Position numbers and translations under genes: made by a program. Shown here piece after piece: positions 1 to 11,221 of a stretch of DNA of 64,000 nucleotides. This stretch comes from an uncultured bacterium (GTDB lineage Bacteria > Omnitrophota > Omnitrophia > Omnitrophales > Aquincolibacteriaceae), in contig CAYZYT010000006.1 in NCBI GenBank assembly GCA_964482725.1, positions 19,777-83,776 on the forward strand, in the 5' to 3' direction. The notes under the pieces are model-generated. The model had not been told where the DNA came from and did not search any database. It worked only from the letters and a program-made list of their open reading frames with translations. Position 1 is the first letter of the stretch; every line of letters starts with the position of its first letter.

Positions 1-277
1 CTATAAGCTTGGCCAACGCTTCCATGGCCGCCGGGGCGTCCTTACCGACCGCACGCACCGTAATCGAGGAACCCATTTCAGCCGCAAGCATCATGATGCC
101 CATGATCGATTTACCGTCGATCTTGAGATCCTCTTTTTGGACTTCAATCGAAGCCTCAAACCGATTCGCCGTCTGAACAAAGACAGCCGCGGGCCGGGCG
201 TGCAGGCCCAGCTTATTGCCGATCACAAAAATGCGCTCAACCGGTTCATGCCCGGCTTTGGGGGATCGCTTTGTCAT
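1..277 (-). CDS. ptsH: Phosphocarrier protein HPr (3' end runs off the window; not in ORF track)
   Basis: Manual translation MTKRSPKAGHEPVERIFVIGNKLGLHARPAAVFVQTANRF...IDGKSIMGIMMLAA; GLHARPA His motif and KSIMG Ser motif; GGGGAG RBS upstream of the ATG at 277. Confidence 0.93.
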   Translation of the reverse strand, partial: MTKRSPKAGHEPVERIFVIGNKLGLHARPAAVFVQTANRFEASIEVQKEDLKIDGKSIMGIMMLAAEMGSSITVRAVGKDAPAAMEALAKLI

Positions 278-367
278 GATGCTCCCCAGCCGAAAACAAA
301 ACGGGAATCACGACGGCCCAAGTCGCCCGCACTCAAAAAAAATAAAGACTGGGTTTTCATCATCGAA

Positions 368-1627
368 TCATTCTTCCGTTCGCTCAACATGTTCCCTGTA
401 ATGCTCCAAAACAAGCTTCATCAAAAGCTCGGCATCATGACGAACCTGCTCGCCTGCCTGGAGCACATCCCCCTGGATGACCCGATAGCCTTTTTCCCGG
501 ATCTTCTCGAGATCGAGCTTGACCGGCACGGCACCTTGTTTTGCATAACGTTGGAGCATCGCCTCGGGGATGGTCGCCGTATTCACGAAACAGGCATCCA
601 CGATCCTCGGGTCCGTATGATCCAGGATCACGTTCAAATGGTCCCACGCGCTCATCCCCGTGGTCTCACCGGGTTGCGTCATCGCATTCATGATATAAAC
701 CTTGTAGGCATCGGACCGAAGCACTGCGTCGCGAATATCTTTGATCAAAAGATTCGGCAGAATGCTGGTGTAAAGGCTCCCCGGTCCCATGAGGACGAGG
801 TCCGCGATCTCGATCGCGTCCAGGGCTTCCTGACACGCCTTGCAATCATCCGGACGAAGACGGATCCGACGAAGCGGCTTTTTCAAATCCGTGATATTCG
901 TCTCCCCTTCGACCAAAGTCCCGTCCATGAATTCACCCACGAGCGTCACTTTTTCAAGCGTCGAGGGAAGCACCCGTCCCCGAATGGCCAAAACCTTGCT
1001 GGATTCCGCGATCGCCTTTTCAAAATCCCCTGTAACCTTCGAAAGCGCGGTAATAAAAAGATTCCCGAAGCTGTGTCCCTTGAGCCCTTCTCCAAGCTCG
1101 AACCGGTATTGAAAAAGATCGCGGATGAGCGGCCCGGCATCGGCCAGCGCTACCAGGCAATTGCGGATGTCGCCCGGCGGCAGCATGTCCATTTCATCGC
1201 GCAAACGCCCGGAACTTCCCCCCGTGTCTGTCACCGTCACGATCGCGGTGATATTGCTCGTAAATGTCTTGATCCCTGAAAGCATGGTGCTGAGACCCGT
1301 CCCGCCGCCGATCGCCACAACGCGAGGACCATGCAACAAGGACTCCACCCGGCGCTTCTGGTAAACGATATCCACCAGCGAATCGTTCCCATTCAAAGGC
1401 ATCAGCGCGCGCACAAAGATCCGGACCATGTTTTTGATCGAGGTATAGATAAGAAAGATCCCGAGGATCAAAAGCGCTGTCGCGAACGAAGCGAGAAGCA
1501 CGCTCGTCTTGGACATGGTCTGCACGGTCAAAAGGGCGACTAACACGATAAATCCAAGACCCAGCGAGCAGAGAAAGATCCACCGCTTGATTCCAATGCC
1601 AGGATATAGCCACTTAAAGAATTTCAT
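368..1627 (-). CDS. yvcK: YvcK/CofD-like gluconeogenesis factor (UDP-sugar binding) with two N-terminal TM helices
   Basis: GGGTGLS, VTVTDTGGSSGRLR, PPGDIRNC, GHSFGNL, GPGSLYTSILPNL motifs. Confidence 0.88.
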   Translation of the reverse strand: MKFFKWLYPGIGIKRWIFLCSLGLGFIVLVALLTVQTMSKTSVLLASFATALLILGIFLIYTSIKNMVRIFVRALMPLNGNDSLVDIVYQKRRVESLLHGPRVVAIGGGTGLSTMLSGIKTFTSNITAIVTVTDTGGSSGRLRDEMDMLPPGDIRNCLVALADAGPLIRDLFQYRFELGEGLKGHSFGNLFITALSKVTGDFEKAIAESSKVLAIRGRVLPSTLEKVTLVGEFMDGTLVEGETNITDLKKPLRRIRLRPDDCKACQEALDAIEIADLVLMGPGSLYTSILPNLLIKDIRDAVLRSDAYKVYIMNAMTQPGETTGMSAWDHLNVILDHTDPRIVDACFVNTATIPEAMLQRYAKQGAVPVKLDLEKIREKGYRVIQGDVLQAGEQVRHDAELLMKLVLEHYREHVERTEE

Positions 1628-1665
1628 AGAAGATCGCCGAGGAGTCGGCCTGGGTCAGGCCCAGG

Positions 1666-2130
1666 TCAGACCTTGCGATTCTCTTCTTTTGCGATCAGAT
1701 CGAAGATATCCTTCGGAGTTTTGCACTTTCGGATAAGCTCGCAAAAATAAGTGTCCCGGAGAAGTCTTGAGATCTGCGCCAGCGCTTTAAGATGTGGCCC
1801 CGCGGTATCTTTGGGCGCGACCAACAGGAACAGGATATAGACCGGTTCGCCATCCAAGGCTTCAAAGTTCACTCCCTTGCGGCTGACGCCGAGGACCGCC
1901 ACAAGGCCATCGACTTTGTCGGTCTTCCCGTGCGGGATCGCGATCCCCTGCCCGATCCCCGTTGAGCCAAGATTTTCACGCTCGATCAAAGCGCGCAGGA
2001 TATTTTTTTTATCTCCCACGTCTTTGACCTCAGCCAAAAGATCGACCATTTCCTTCAGAATGCCTTCTTTGTCGGTCGCTTCCAGATCGACCTTAATGCC
2101 TTTGATGTTCAAAAAATCGGTGATCTTCAT
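1666..2130 (-). CDS. ptsN: PTS EIIA (Ntr/Fru-type) component
   Basis: ERENLGSTGIGQGIAIPHGK motif, HLKALAQISRLL; position after hpf. Confidence 0.88.
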   Translation of the reverse strand: MKITDFLNIKGIKVDLEATDKEGILKEMVDLLAEVKDVGDKKNILRALIERENLGSTGIGQGIAIPHGKTDKVDGLVAVLGVSRKGVNFEALDGEPVYILFLLVAPKDTAGPHLKALAQISRLLRDTYFCELIRKCKTPKDIFDLIAKEENRKV

Positions 2131-2165
2131 AGATGAACTCCTCCGGATTGAAAAAGGTTAGAAAG

Positions 2166-2723
2166 TTAAAATCCGGGCTCAATAAGCCCATGACTTCCGT
2201 CTTTGCGTTTATGGATCACATTCACAATATTGGTATCTTGGTTCATAAAAACAAGAAAGGCTTCCGGAGAGATCTCCAGCTGAAGGCTGGCTTCTTCGAC
2301 CGACATCGGCTTGGACGCGAAGGCGGAGGAACGAACGATCTTGGGATGATCTTCGGGCAGGATGCTTTCCGTATCGATCATTCCGAGCGCCCGGGCGATC
2401 TTCGAGGAAACCTTGGCGCTTTTGTTGTGATGCCCCTTTGATTTCGAACGGAATTTTTTCAACTGTTTCTCGACGCGCTCATAGGCCTCGTCCATCGCCG
2501 CAAAAACATTATCTTTGGCTTCCCCCATCCCAAAAGCGTGAAAATCTTTGGCGGCAAGCGTGATCTCCACTTTAAAAATATATTTTTCTTTTTTAAGGAA
2601 CACGTGGGCTTCCACGATCCGGGGCGCATACTTCTCGAACTTGGGAAGACGTTCCTCCAAGTGCTCTTTCATCCCTGCAGTGATCTTAAGATTCTGTCCT
2701 GAAAAACGAATTTCCACGGTCAT
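2166..2723 (-). CDS. hpf: Ribosome hibernation promoting factor (long HPF / RaiA)
   Basis: S30AE domain plus C-terminal KPMSVEEASLQL...FLVF...NVIHKRKDG domain. Confidence 0.88.
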   Translation of the reverse strand: MTVEIRFSGQNLKITAGMKEHLEERLPKFEKYAPRIVEAHVFLKKEKYIFKVEITLAAKDFHAFGMGEAKDNVFAAMDEAYERVEKQLKKFRSKSKGHHNKSAKVSSKIARALGMIDTESILPEDHPKIVRSSAFASKPMSVEEASLQLEISPEAFLVFMNQDTNIVNVIHKRKDGSHGLIEPGF

Positions 2724-2772
2724 GTCCTCCTTGAGGGTCTTTGTTGGATCGCTTCAAAACGCGGGTATCGGG

Positions 2773-3498
2773 TTACGCTAAAGTAAACCTCTCCCCAAGA
2801 TAGATCTCTCTGGCCTTGGGATCCGAGGCAAGAAATTCCGAGGTCCCGGAAACCTCGACCTTGCCTTCGAAAAGAAGATACGAACGGTCGGTGATGGAAA
2901 GCGTTTCGCGAACGCTATGATCTGTCAGCAAAATACTCAACCCTTGAGCCTTCAGCCGCTGAAGGATCTTCTGCACCTCAAAGACTGCAATAGGGTCCAC
3001 CCCGCTGAAGGGTTCATCTAAAAGGATAAGAGAAGGATTCGTCACCAGCGCGCGCGTGATCTCAAGCCGCCGCCGTTCGCCACCGGAAAGAGTGTAAGCC
3101 TTATTTTTTGCGAGATAGGCGATATCGAGATCGTTCAGGAGCCGCTTGAGGCGACGGTCGCGCTCTTCCTGGGGGATCTCCAGAGTTTCCAAAATCGCCA
3201 TGATGTTTTCTTCCACGGTCAGCTTGCGGAAAATGGAAGGTTCCTGAGAGAGATAGCCGATCCCCAACCGCGCCCTTTCAAACATCGGAAGGTTGGTGAT
3301 ATCCTCGCCGCGGAAAAGGATCTTCCCGGTTTCCGGGCGAATGACCCCCACCACCATATAGAACGACGTGGTCTTCCCCGCGCCGTTCGGTCCGAGAAGT
3401 CCCACGATCTCTCCCCGCGAGATCTGGATACTCACGCCGTTGACCACAGTGCGTCCTTTATAGCTTTTTACCAATTGTTTCGTCTCAAGCAAATTCAT
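2773..3498 (-). CDS. lptB: LPS export ABC transporter ATP-binding protein
   Basis: GPNGAGKTT, LSGGERRRLEI, LLDEPFSGVDP, TDHSVRETL, IYLGERF. Confidence 0.95.
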   Translation of the reverse strand: MNLLETKQLVKSYKGRTVVNGVSIQISRGEIVGLLGPNGAGKTTSFYMVVGVIRPETGKILFRGEDITNLPMFERARLGIGYLSQEPSIFRKLTVEENIMAILETLEIPQEERDRRLKRLLNDLDIAYLAKNKAYTLSGGERRRLEITRALVTNPSLILLDEPFSGVDPIAVFEVQKILQRLKAQGLSILLTDHSVRETLSITDRSYLLFEGKVEVSGTSEFLASDPKAREIYLGERFTLA

Positions 3499-3500
3499 GA

Positions 3501-4385
3501 TCAGAGCACTCCCTTCCCGAGAGCTGCATTGCCATCCCCTTTGAAATAAAGGGCTTCGGTATCTCCCCCCAAGATGATCCGTCCTTCGTCCGCCAGATAG
3601 ATCACGCTATCGGAATAGGTCTTGTTCCCGTCGGGATTCTCGATCACCACATCCCCCGCGGATACGATCTTTGAAACACGACGGCTTACGCGATTGTAAT
3701 AAACATCCATGGTGTCGGCCGTAAGTTTCCCTCGGGAATCCTGCGCGACAACATTATCCCTGAAATGCGCGATATTCTTTTCGTAGTCAACGACAAGGGT
3801 CCCATCACAGGTGATGGTCGTCGGTCCCGTCTCTTTATCCTCGGTATTTTGCACCACCACCGTCACATTCTTTTGAAATTTTACCTTTTTAAGGTTGGTC
3901 TCCGCCCGGGCCCCCGTGCCCTCCACGTTAATATTATCCTTCTTCACCTGGGTGGGCAGATCGGTCTCCACAATGTGCTCCGAGGGGCTCATATCCAGAG
4001 CCTCGGTCACAAGTCTCGTCCCATCATCGGTCGTGGCCACCACATTTTTTTCGAGATGGATCTTGTTCTTTTTCTTGTCGTATTGACCGCGATCCGCGGT
4101 CACCGTGACGGGAACTTCCTCAGCATACGCCTTGGCCATGACGTTCATGAGCTGCACGGTATTGGAAAGGATATTCGCGGAATCACCTTCGATCTCGATC
4201 TCGCGCTGCCCCTCGGGCGTATACTTGGTAAACGAAAAAGTGAAGATTTTTTGCGGTTTCTGTTCGGAAGGTTTCTCGACCCCCTGCTCGGCCCTTTGCT
4301 TGCGGGTGATGACCACCTGCACCTGCACAAAAAACACATAGAACACCACAAGCGTAACAAAGATAAAAACAAGACGTTTGATCAT
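3501..4385 (-). CDS. LptC-LptA(OstA)-like fused periplasmic LPS transport protein
   Basis: N-terminal TM anchor, beta-jellyroll segments (VTADRGQYD..KIHLEKNVV; ITCD..VDY..AHFRDNVVAQD..LTADTMDVYY); directly upstream of lptB. Confidence 0.7.
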   Translation of the reverse strand: MIKRLVFIFVTLVVFYVFFVQVQVVITRKQRAEQGVEKPSEQKPQKIFTFSFTKYTPEGQREIEIEGDSANILSNTVQLMNVMAKAYAEEVPVTVTADRGQYDKKKNKIHLEKNVVATTDDGTRLVTEALDMSPSEHIVETDLPTQVKKDNINVEGTGARAETNLKKVKFQKNVTVVVQNTEDKETGPTTITCDGTLVVDYEKNIAHFRDNVVAQDSRGKLTADTMDVYYNRVSRRVSKIVSAGDVVIENPDGNKTYSDSVIYLADEGRIILGGDTEALYFKGDGNAALGKGVL

Positions 4386-5326
4386 GGGCGTTTCACTTTC
4401 TCCTTTAATTCCGCCACAGCCCCCTCGTCGGGCTTTGTTTTCCAGCGGTCATGCATCCACCCCCATTGTTCCGGGTAACGACGGATCACTTCTTCGAAAT
4501 CCTTCATCCAAGCTTCGGTATATTTCCGGATCGAGGCCGTCCGGTCACCCGCTTCGATCTTCGGCCGAAGCAAATTCCCCAAAAGCAGCTTATATCGACC
4601 CCCGGGCATTCGCACCATAAACGCGGGCAAGATCGGCGCTCCCGAGGCCATGGCAAATTTCACCGGGGCCACGGACGTATAAGCCGGTCTCCCAAAAAAA
4701 TCAACAAAAATGCTCCGGACACTGTCTCGATCCTGGTCCGGCAGGATCCCTACGATCTCACCCGCCTTCAGCGCCGCATAGATCTGCCTGACGGCCTGAT
4801 CCTGGTAGATAGTACGAACCTTCACAGCACTCCGCAAGCCTACGATCCACTGATTGTACGGCTCATAATAGATCCGCCGGCCCACCACGGCGCCTGGAAA
4901 CCCCCGCAGGCAAAAGATCCCGGCCAAAAGCTCCCAGTTGCCCAGGTGCGCCGTCATTATAATGAGCCCTCTCCCTTCTTGCAAAATATCTTTGCAGAAA
5001 GAATAGGCCTCGCCGACCTCCACAATCGAGGTCGCTTGGTCCCGGGACAGTCTTGAAAAGCGCAAGAAATCCACGGCCGTCTGGAGCATGTGCCCCATCG
5101 CCCCCCGGCCGATCGCCTCCATTTCTTTGGGACTTTTTGTGTCACCGTACGCCAGCTTCAGATTTTCAAGGATCTTCGTTCTTTGGCGCGAAACAAACCT
5201 GTACCCCAAATGCCCGACCTTATTGGCAAGTCCCAGAGCCCAACTTCGTGGCAGGATCAGCAAAAGTCCCGCGGCAAGCCTTGTTAAAAGATAAACCGGA
5301 TAGCGATAGAATCTGTGTTTGGCCAT
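4382..5326 (-). CDS. Lipid A late acyltransferase (LpxL/HtrB family)
   Basis: TAHLGNWE, LPDQD, VDFFG, IRRYPEQWGWMHDRWK motifs. Confidence 0.88.
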   Translation of the reverse strand: MAKHRFYRYPVYLLTRLAAGLLLILPRSWALGLANKVGHLGYRFVSRQRTKILENLKLAYGDTKSPKEMEAIGRGAMGHMLQTAVDFLRFSRLSRDQATSIVEVGEAYSFCKDILQEGRGLIIMTAHLGNWELLAGIFCLRGFPGAVVGRRIYYEPYNQWIVGLRSAVKVRTIYQDQAVRQIYAALKAGEIVGILPDQDRDSVRSIFVDFFGRPAYTSVAPVKFAMASGAPILPAFMVRMPGGRYKLLLGNLLRPKIEAGDRTASIRKYTEAWMKDFEEVIRRYPEQWGWMHDRWKTKPDEGAVAELKEKVKRP

Positions 5327-5333
5327 ATGCGGA

Positions 5334-6305
5334 TTAGACTCGTCCCGCCCTCATAAGGTCCTGAACATCCAGAAGACCTACCACGCGTCGGGCTTTGTCC
5401 ACCACCGGCAATTCATCGATGCGAAGAGATTCCATAATGTGGAAAGCCTCTTCCGCGAGCTTTTCTTTCTGAATATAGCGGGGTTTGAGCGTGGCCCATT
5501 GAACCACAGGCCGGCTCAAGAGATTCTCGCCCTGGGATTTAAGATGACGCCGGAGATCTCCGTCTGTGAACACGCCCACCAATTTCCCGCGCCCATCAAC
5601 GATCGTACAACTGCCGGCCCGTGAAGCCGTGATCTTAAGAAGCGCCTGCCGCACCGTGGTCTTCACCCCCACGAGAGGATTGGCCTTTCCCGTGCGCATG
5701 ATCTCCCCGACCTTCAGCAAACGTCTCCCGAGACTTCCCGCCGGATGAAGTTGGGCAAAATCTTCCGAACGAAAACCTTTCTTCATAAGGAGCGAAAGCG
5801 CGAGAGCGTCTCCCATCGCAAGCGAAGCGGTCGTCGAGGCAGAAGGCGCCAGGTTGAGCGGACACGCTTCACGCCTCACGCCAAGATCCAGCACCTTGTC
5901 CGCATTCTTTCCGAGGGAAGATCCTGGGACGCTCGTTAGCGCGACCAGTTTTACGCCTTTTTTCTTCAAAAGAGGAAGAAGCCTCACGATCTCTTCACTT
6001 TCCCCGCTTTGCGAGATCGCGATCACAAGATCTTTGGAAGTCACCATGCCAAAATCACCATGGACCGCTTCGGCCGGATGAAGAAAAAAAGTGGGCGTCC
6101 CCGTGGAGGCCATGGTCGCGGCGATCTTCCGGGCAATAAAACCGGGTTTTCCCATCCCGGTCAATATCACGCGCCCTTTGCAGTCCGCCAGCCATTGAAC
6201 CACCGTCTCAAAATCCTTCCCGATCCGGGAACGAAGCCGCGAGATGGCGAGCGCCTCCATCCGGAGAACTTCTTTGGCAAGCCGTATCACCTTGGATTTT
6301 TTCAT
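5334..6305 (-). CDS. kdsD: Arabinose-5-phosphate isomerase (KpsF/GutQ; SIS + CBS)
   Basis: TGMGK, HPAEAVHGDFG, ISQSGE, REACPLNLAP, HPAGSLG, FTDGDLRR. Confidence 0.92.
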   Translation of the reverse strand: MKKSKVIRLAKEVLRMEALAISRLRSRIGKDFETVVQWLADCKGRVILTGMGKPGFIARKIAATMASTGTPTFFLHPAEAVHGDFGMVTSKDLVIAISQSGESEEIVRLLPLLKKKGVKLVALTSVPGSSLGKNADKVLDLGVRREACPLNLAPSASTTASLAMGDALALSLLMKKGFRSEDFAQLHPAGSLGRRLLKVGEIMRTGKANPLVGVKTTVRQALLKITASRAGSCTIVDGRGKLVGVFTDGDLRRHLKSQGENLLSRPVVQWATLKPRYIQKEKLAEEAFHIMESLRIDELPVVDKARRVVGLLDVQDLMRAGRV

Positions 6306-6309
6306 GATC

Positions 6310-8863
<2,554 letters not shown>

Positions 8864-8869
8864 TTATTT

Positions 8870-9652
8870 TTATGAATGGTTGCCAGGACGGGTCCCATTA
8901 ACCTTTGATTCTTTAAAAGAAAATTGGGACTGCAAGCGCTTTTCAACTTCCTGCAGGTCCTCTTCCGTGTCCACGCTGATGAAATCATACGCCGTTTCGA
9001 TCACGCGAATGGAACGGCCCCTTTCAAGGACCCTGAGCTGCTCTAATTTCTCGGTATTTTCTAGGATTCCCGGCTCCCAAGCAACGAATTTCAAAAGAAA
9101 ATCGCGACGGTAGCCGTAAACGCCCAGATGTTTTAAAAAACTGAACGCGCCGGCCTGTTCCCCTTGGAAGAAAGGGATCGCCGCGCGGGAAAAATAAAGC
9201 GCGTTACCTTCCGCATCACAAACAACTTTAACGACATTGGGGTTCTCGAAACTTGCCCGGTCCGTCATGCGCACAGCCAAGGTCAGCATTTCTACAGCCT
9301 TCGACTTTTCAAAAAGGCTCACCATCTCGTCAAGCGCCTTCGGATCCACAAGCGGCTGATCCCCCTGGATATTGATCACGAGATCCTGTTTGAAATGCCC
9401 CATGACCTCCGCGATACGCGAGGTACCATTCGGATGGTCCTTGCGCGTCATGATCGCTTTGCCGCCGAACCCCTCGACGCACTTCTGGATGCGCGTGTCA
9501 TCGGTCGCAACAACCACAGCCTCAAGATTTTCCGCCTGCCGCGCACGCTCCCAAACATGCTGGATCATAGACTTACCGCCGATGGAGCGCAGGATCTTTT
9601 CAGCCAAACGTGTGGAACCTAAACGCGCGGGAATAACGCCCAAGGCCTTCAT
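8870..9652 (-). CDS. kdsB: CMP-KDO synthetase (start reassigned to ATG at 9652)
   Basis: MKALGVIPARLGSTRL, NIQGD, ALYFSR, HLGVYGY, EKLEQLR; the ORF-track upstream extension overlaps rfaE. Confidence 0.93.
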   Translation of the reverse strand: MKALGVIPARLGSTRLAEKILRSIGGKSMIQHVWERARQAENLEAVVVATDDTRIQKCVEGFGGKAIMTRKDHPNGTSRIAEVMGHFKQDLVINIQGDQPLVDPKALDEMVSLFEKSKAVEMLTLAVRMTDRASFENPNVVKVVCDAEGNALYFSRAAIPFFQGEQAGAFSFLKHLGVYGYRRDFLLKFVAWEPGILENTEKLEQLRVLERGRSIRVIETAYDFISVDTEEDLQEVEKRLQSQFSFKESKVNGTRPGNHS

Positions 9653-9686
9653 AAGAAATTTGAGATCTCGAATTTGAAATTGAACA

Positions 9687-10697
9687 TCATGACTTCCGGA
9701 TCGCTTCTTCAAGCTCTCCGGGAACGACCGTCGCGGTACCGAGTTTTCCCACCACGATCCCGGCGGCCAGATTCGAGATCTTCGCGGCTTCCTGCATTTT
9801 CGCGCCCGCGGCCAAGGCAAGCGCCAGGGTCGCGATCACCGTGTCCCCCGCGCCGGACACATCATAGACTTCGCGCGCGGCGGTCGGAACCCGGGTCAGC
9901 TTTTTATTTTTTTCAAAAAGGGCCATGCCGTCCTCACCCAACGTGATCAGCACGGAATCCAGTTTCAATTTTTTCATCAATCCCCAACCCACCGTTTCAA
10001 GTTCCGGGGCCTTGTAGCAAGATCCGTGCGTCCGCTCGTAGCCGACATAGGCCTCACTGCGGTTGGGAGTAATGCAGGTCACTCCCTGGTAATACACAAA
10101 GTTTTTTTCTTTGGGATCCACGAGTACGGGTTTTTTGAACTTCTTGGCAAGGCGAACGATCTCTTTTAAAAGAAAAGGCTGCATCACGCCTTTGCCGTAG
10201 TCCTCGAGAACCACAACATCCATGCGCTTGATATTCTCACGGACAAATTTCAGGATCTTCAGAAGATCCGCCTTGGAGACATCGTCCGTATTTTCACGGT
10301 CAAAACGGACCACTTGTTGGGAATGCGCGATCACGCGGGTTTTAAGGGATGTCGGACGCGTCGGATCATAAACGATCCCCCCCGTCTCGATCCCCTGCTT
10401 GCGCATCGCCCGGAGCAACATGCGCCCATAAAGATCGCGCCCCACCACCCCGCAGGGACACACCTGGCCCCGGAGAGAGCGGATATTGTTGGCCACATTC
10501 AGCGACCCTCCCGGCATGAAGGATTCCCGCTCGACCTTGACCACCGGCACCGGAGCCTCGGGGGAAATGCGCTTAACGCTCCCCCAGACAAATTGGTCCA
10601 GAATGAAGTCCCCGATCACAAGGATATGGGTTTCTCTGAACCCACCCACAAGTTCCAAAAAGCGTTTTTTCTCTACCGCTGTAAGGGTGTTTTTCAT
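9687..10697 (-). CDS. rfaE1: D-glycero-beta-D-manno-heptose-7-phosphate kinase (RfaE domain I / HldA)
   Basis: RISPEAPVPV, DYGKG, ITPNRSE, VYDVSGAGDTV, GIVVGKLGTA. Confidence 0.92.
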   Translation of the reverse strand: MKNTLTAVEKKRFLELVGGFRETHILVIGDFILDQFVWGSVKRISPEAPVPVVKVERESFMPGGSLNVANNIRSLRGQVCPCGVVGRDLYGRMLLRAMRKQGIETGGIVYDPTRPTSLKTRVIAHSQQVVRFDRENTDDVSKADLLKILKFVRENIKRMDVVVLEDYGKGVMQPFLLKEIVRLAKKFKKPVLVDPKEKNFVYYQGVTCITPNRSEAYVGYERTHGSCYKAPELETVGWGLMKKLKLDSVLITLGEDGMALFEKNKKLTRVPTAAREVYDVSGAGDTVIATLALALAAGAKMQEAAKISNLAAGIVVGKLGTATVVPGELEEAIRKS

Positions 10698-10830
10698 TTT
10701 TAATCCTTAGCACCGTTCTTTGTTTATTTTTATGGGTTAACGGTACAGCCCTGCGAACCCGTAAAATCAAAAGTAACGCAGTCTTAGAAGGAAACAGGCC
10801 ATCCCCTTTGGGACGATCAAGGAAGGCCGT

Positions 10831-10859
10831 ATGATAACACCCCTTCCCAAGGGTGTCAA
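10831..10859 (-). promoter_or_regulatory. Sigma70-type promoter for the rfaE-kdsB-pyrG... operon
   Basis: TTGACA-17 nt-TATCAT on the minus strand. Confidence 0.7.
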
Positions 10860-10923
10860 TGAAAGGAAAATGCTATAAGCCCTTTAAGCATAACGAGTTA
10901 GAAATGGTTTTGGACTTGAAAAA

Positions 10924-11196
10924 CTATTTCTTCTTTGTATCACAAGAGGCACAATCCCCGGAGCAGGAAGAAGCCGCCGGCTTATCCTTTTTCGCGGCCT
11001 CCTGGTAGCCCTTGGAACGGTAATCGGTCTGGTAGAAGCCGCTTCCTTTGAAAAGAACCCCGGCCCCGCCTGAGATAATGCGCTCAGCCTTGGCCTTCCC
11101 GCACTCGGGACATTTCTTAATGGCCTTTTCGATCATGGACTGGTATTTCTCGAACCGGTGGCCACACGCCCCGCATTCATATTCATAAGTCGGCAT
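10924..11196 (-). CDS. FmdB-family zinc-ribbon protein
   Basis: MPTYEYECGACGHRFE...CPECG...FKGSGFYQTDY. Confidence 0.88.
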   Translation of the reverse strand: MPTYEYECGACGHRFEKYQSMIEKAIKKCPECGKAKAERIISGGAGVLFKGSGFYQTDYRSKGYQEAAKKDKPAASSCSGDCASCDTKKK

Positions 11197-11221
11197 AAAT
11201 CATTTTCCTCCTGTTGAAATC

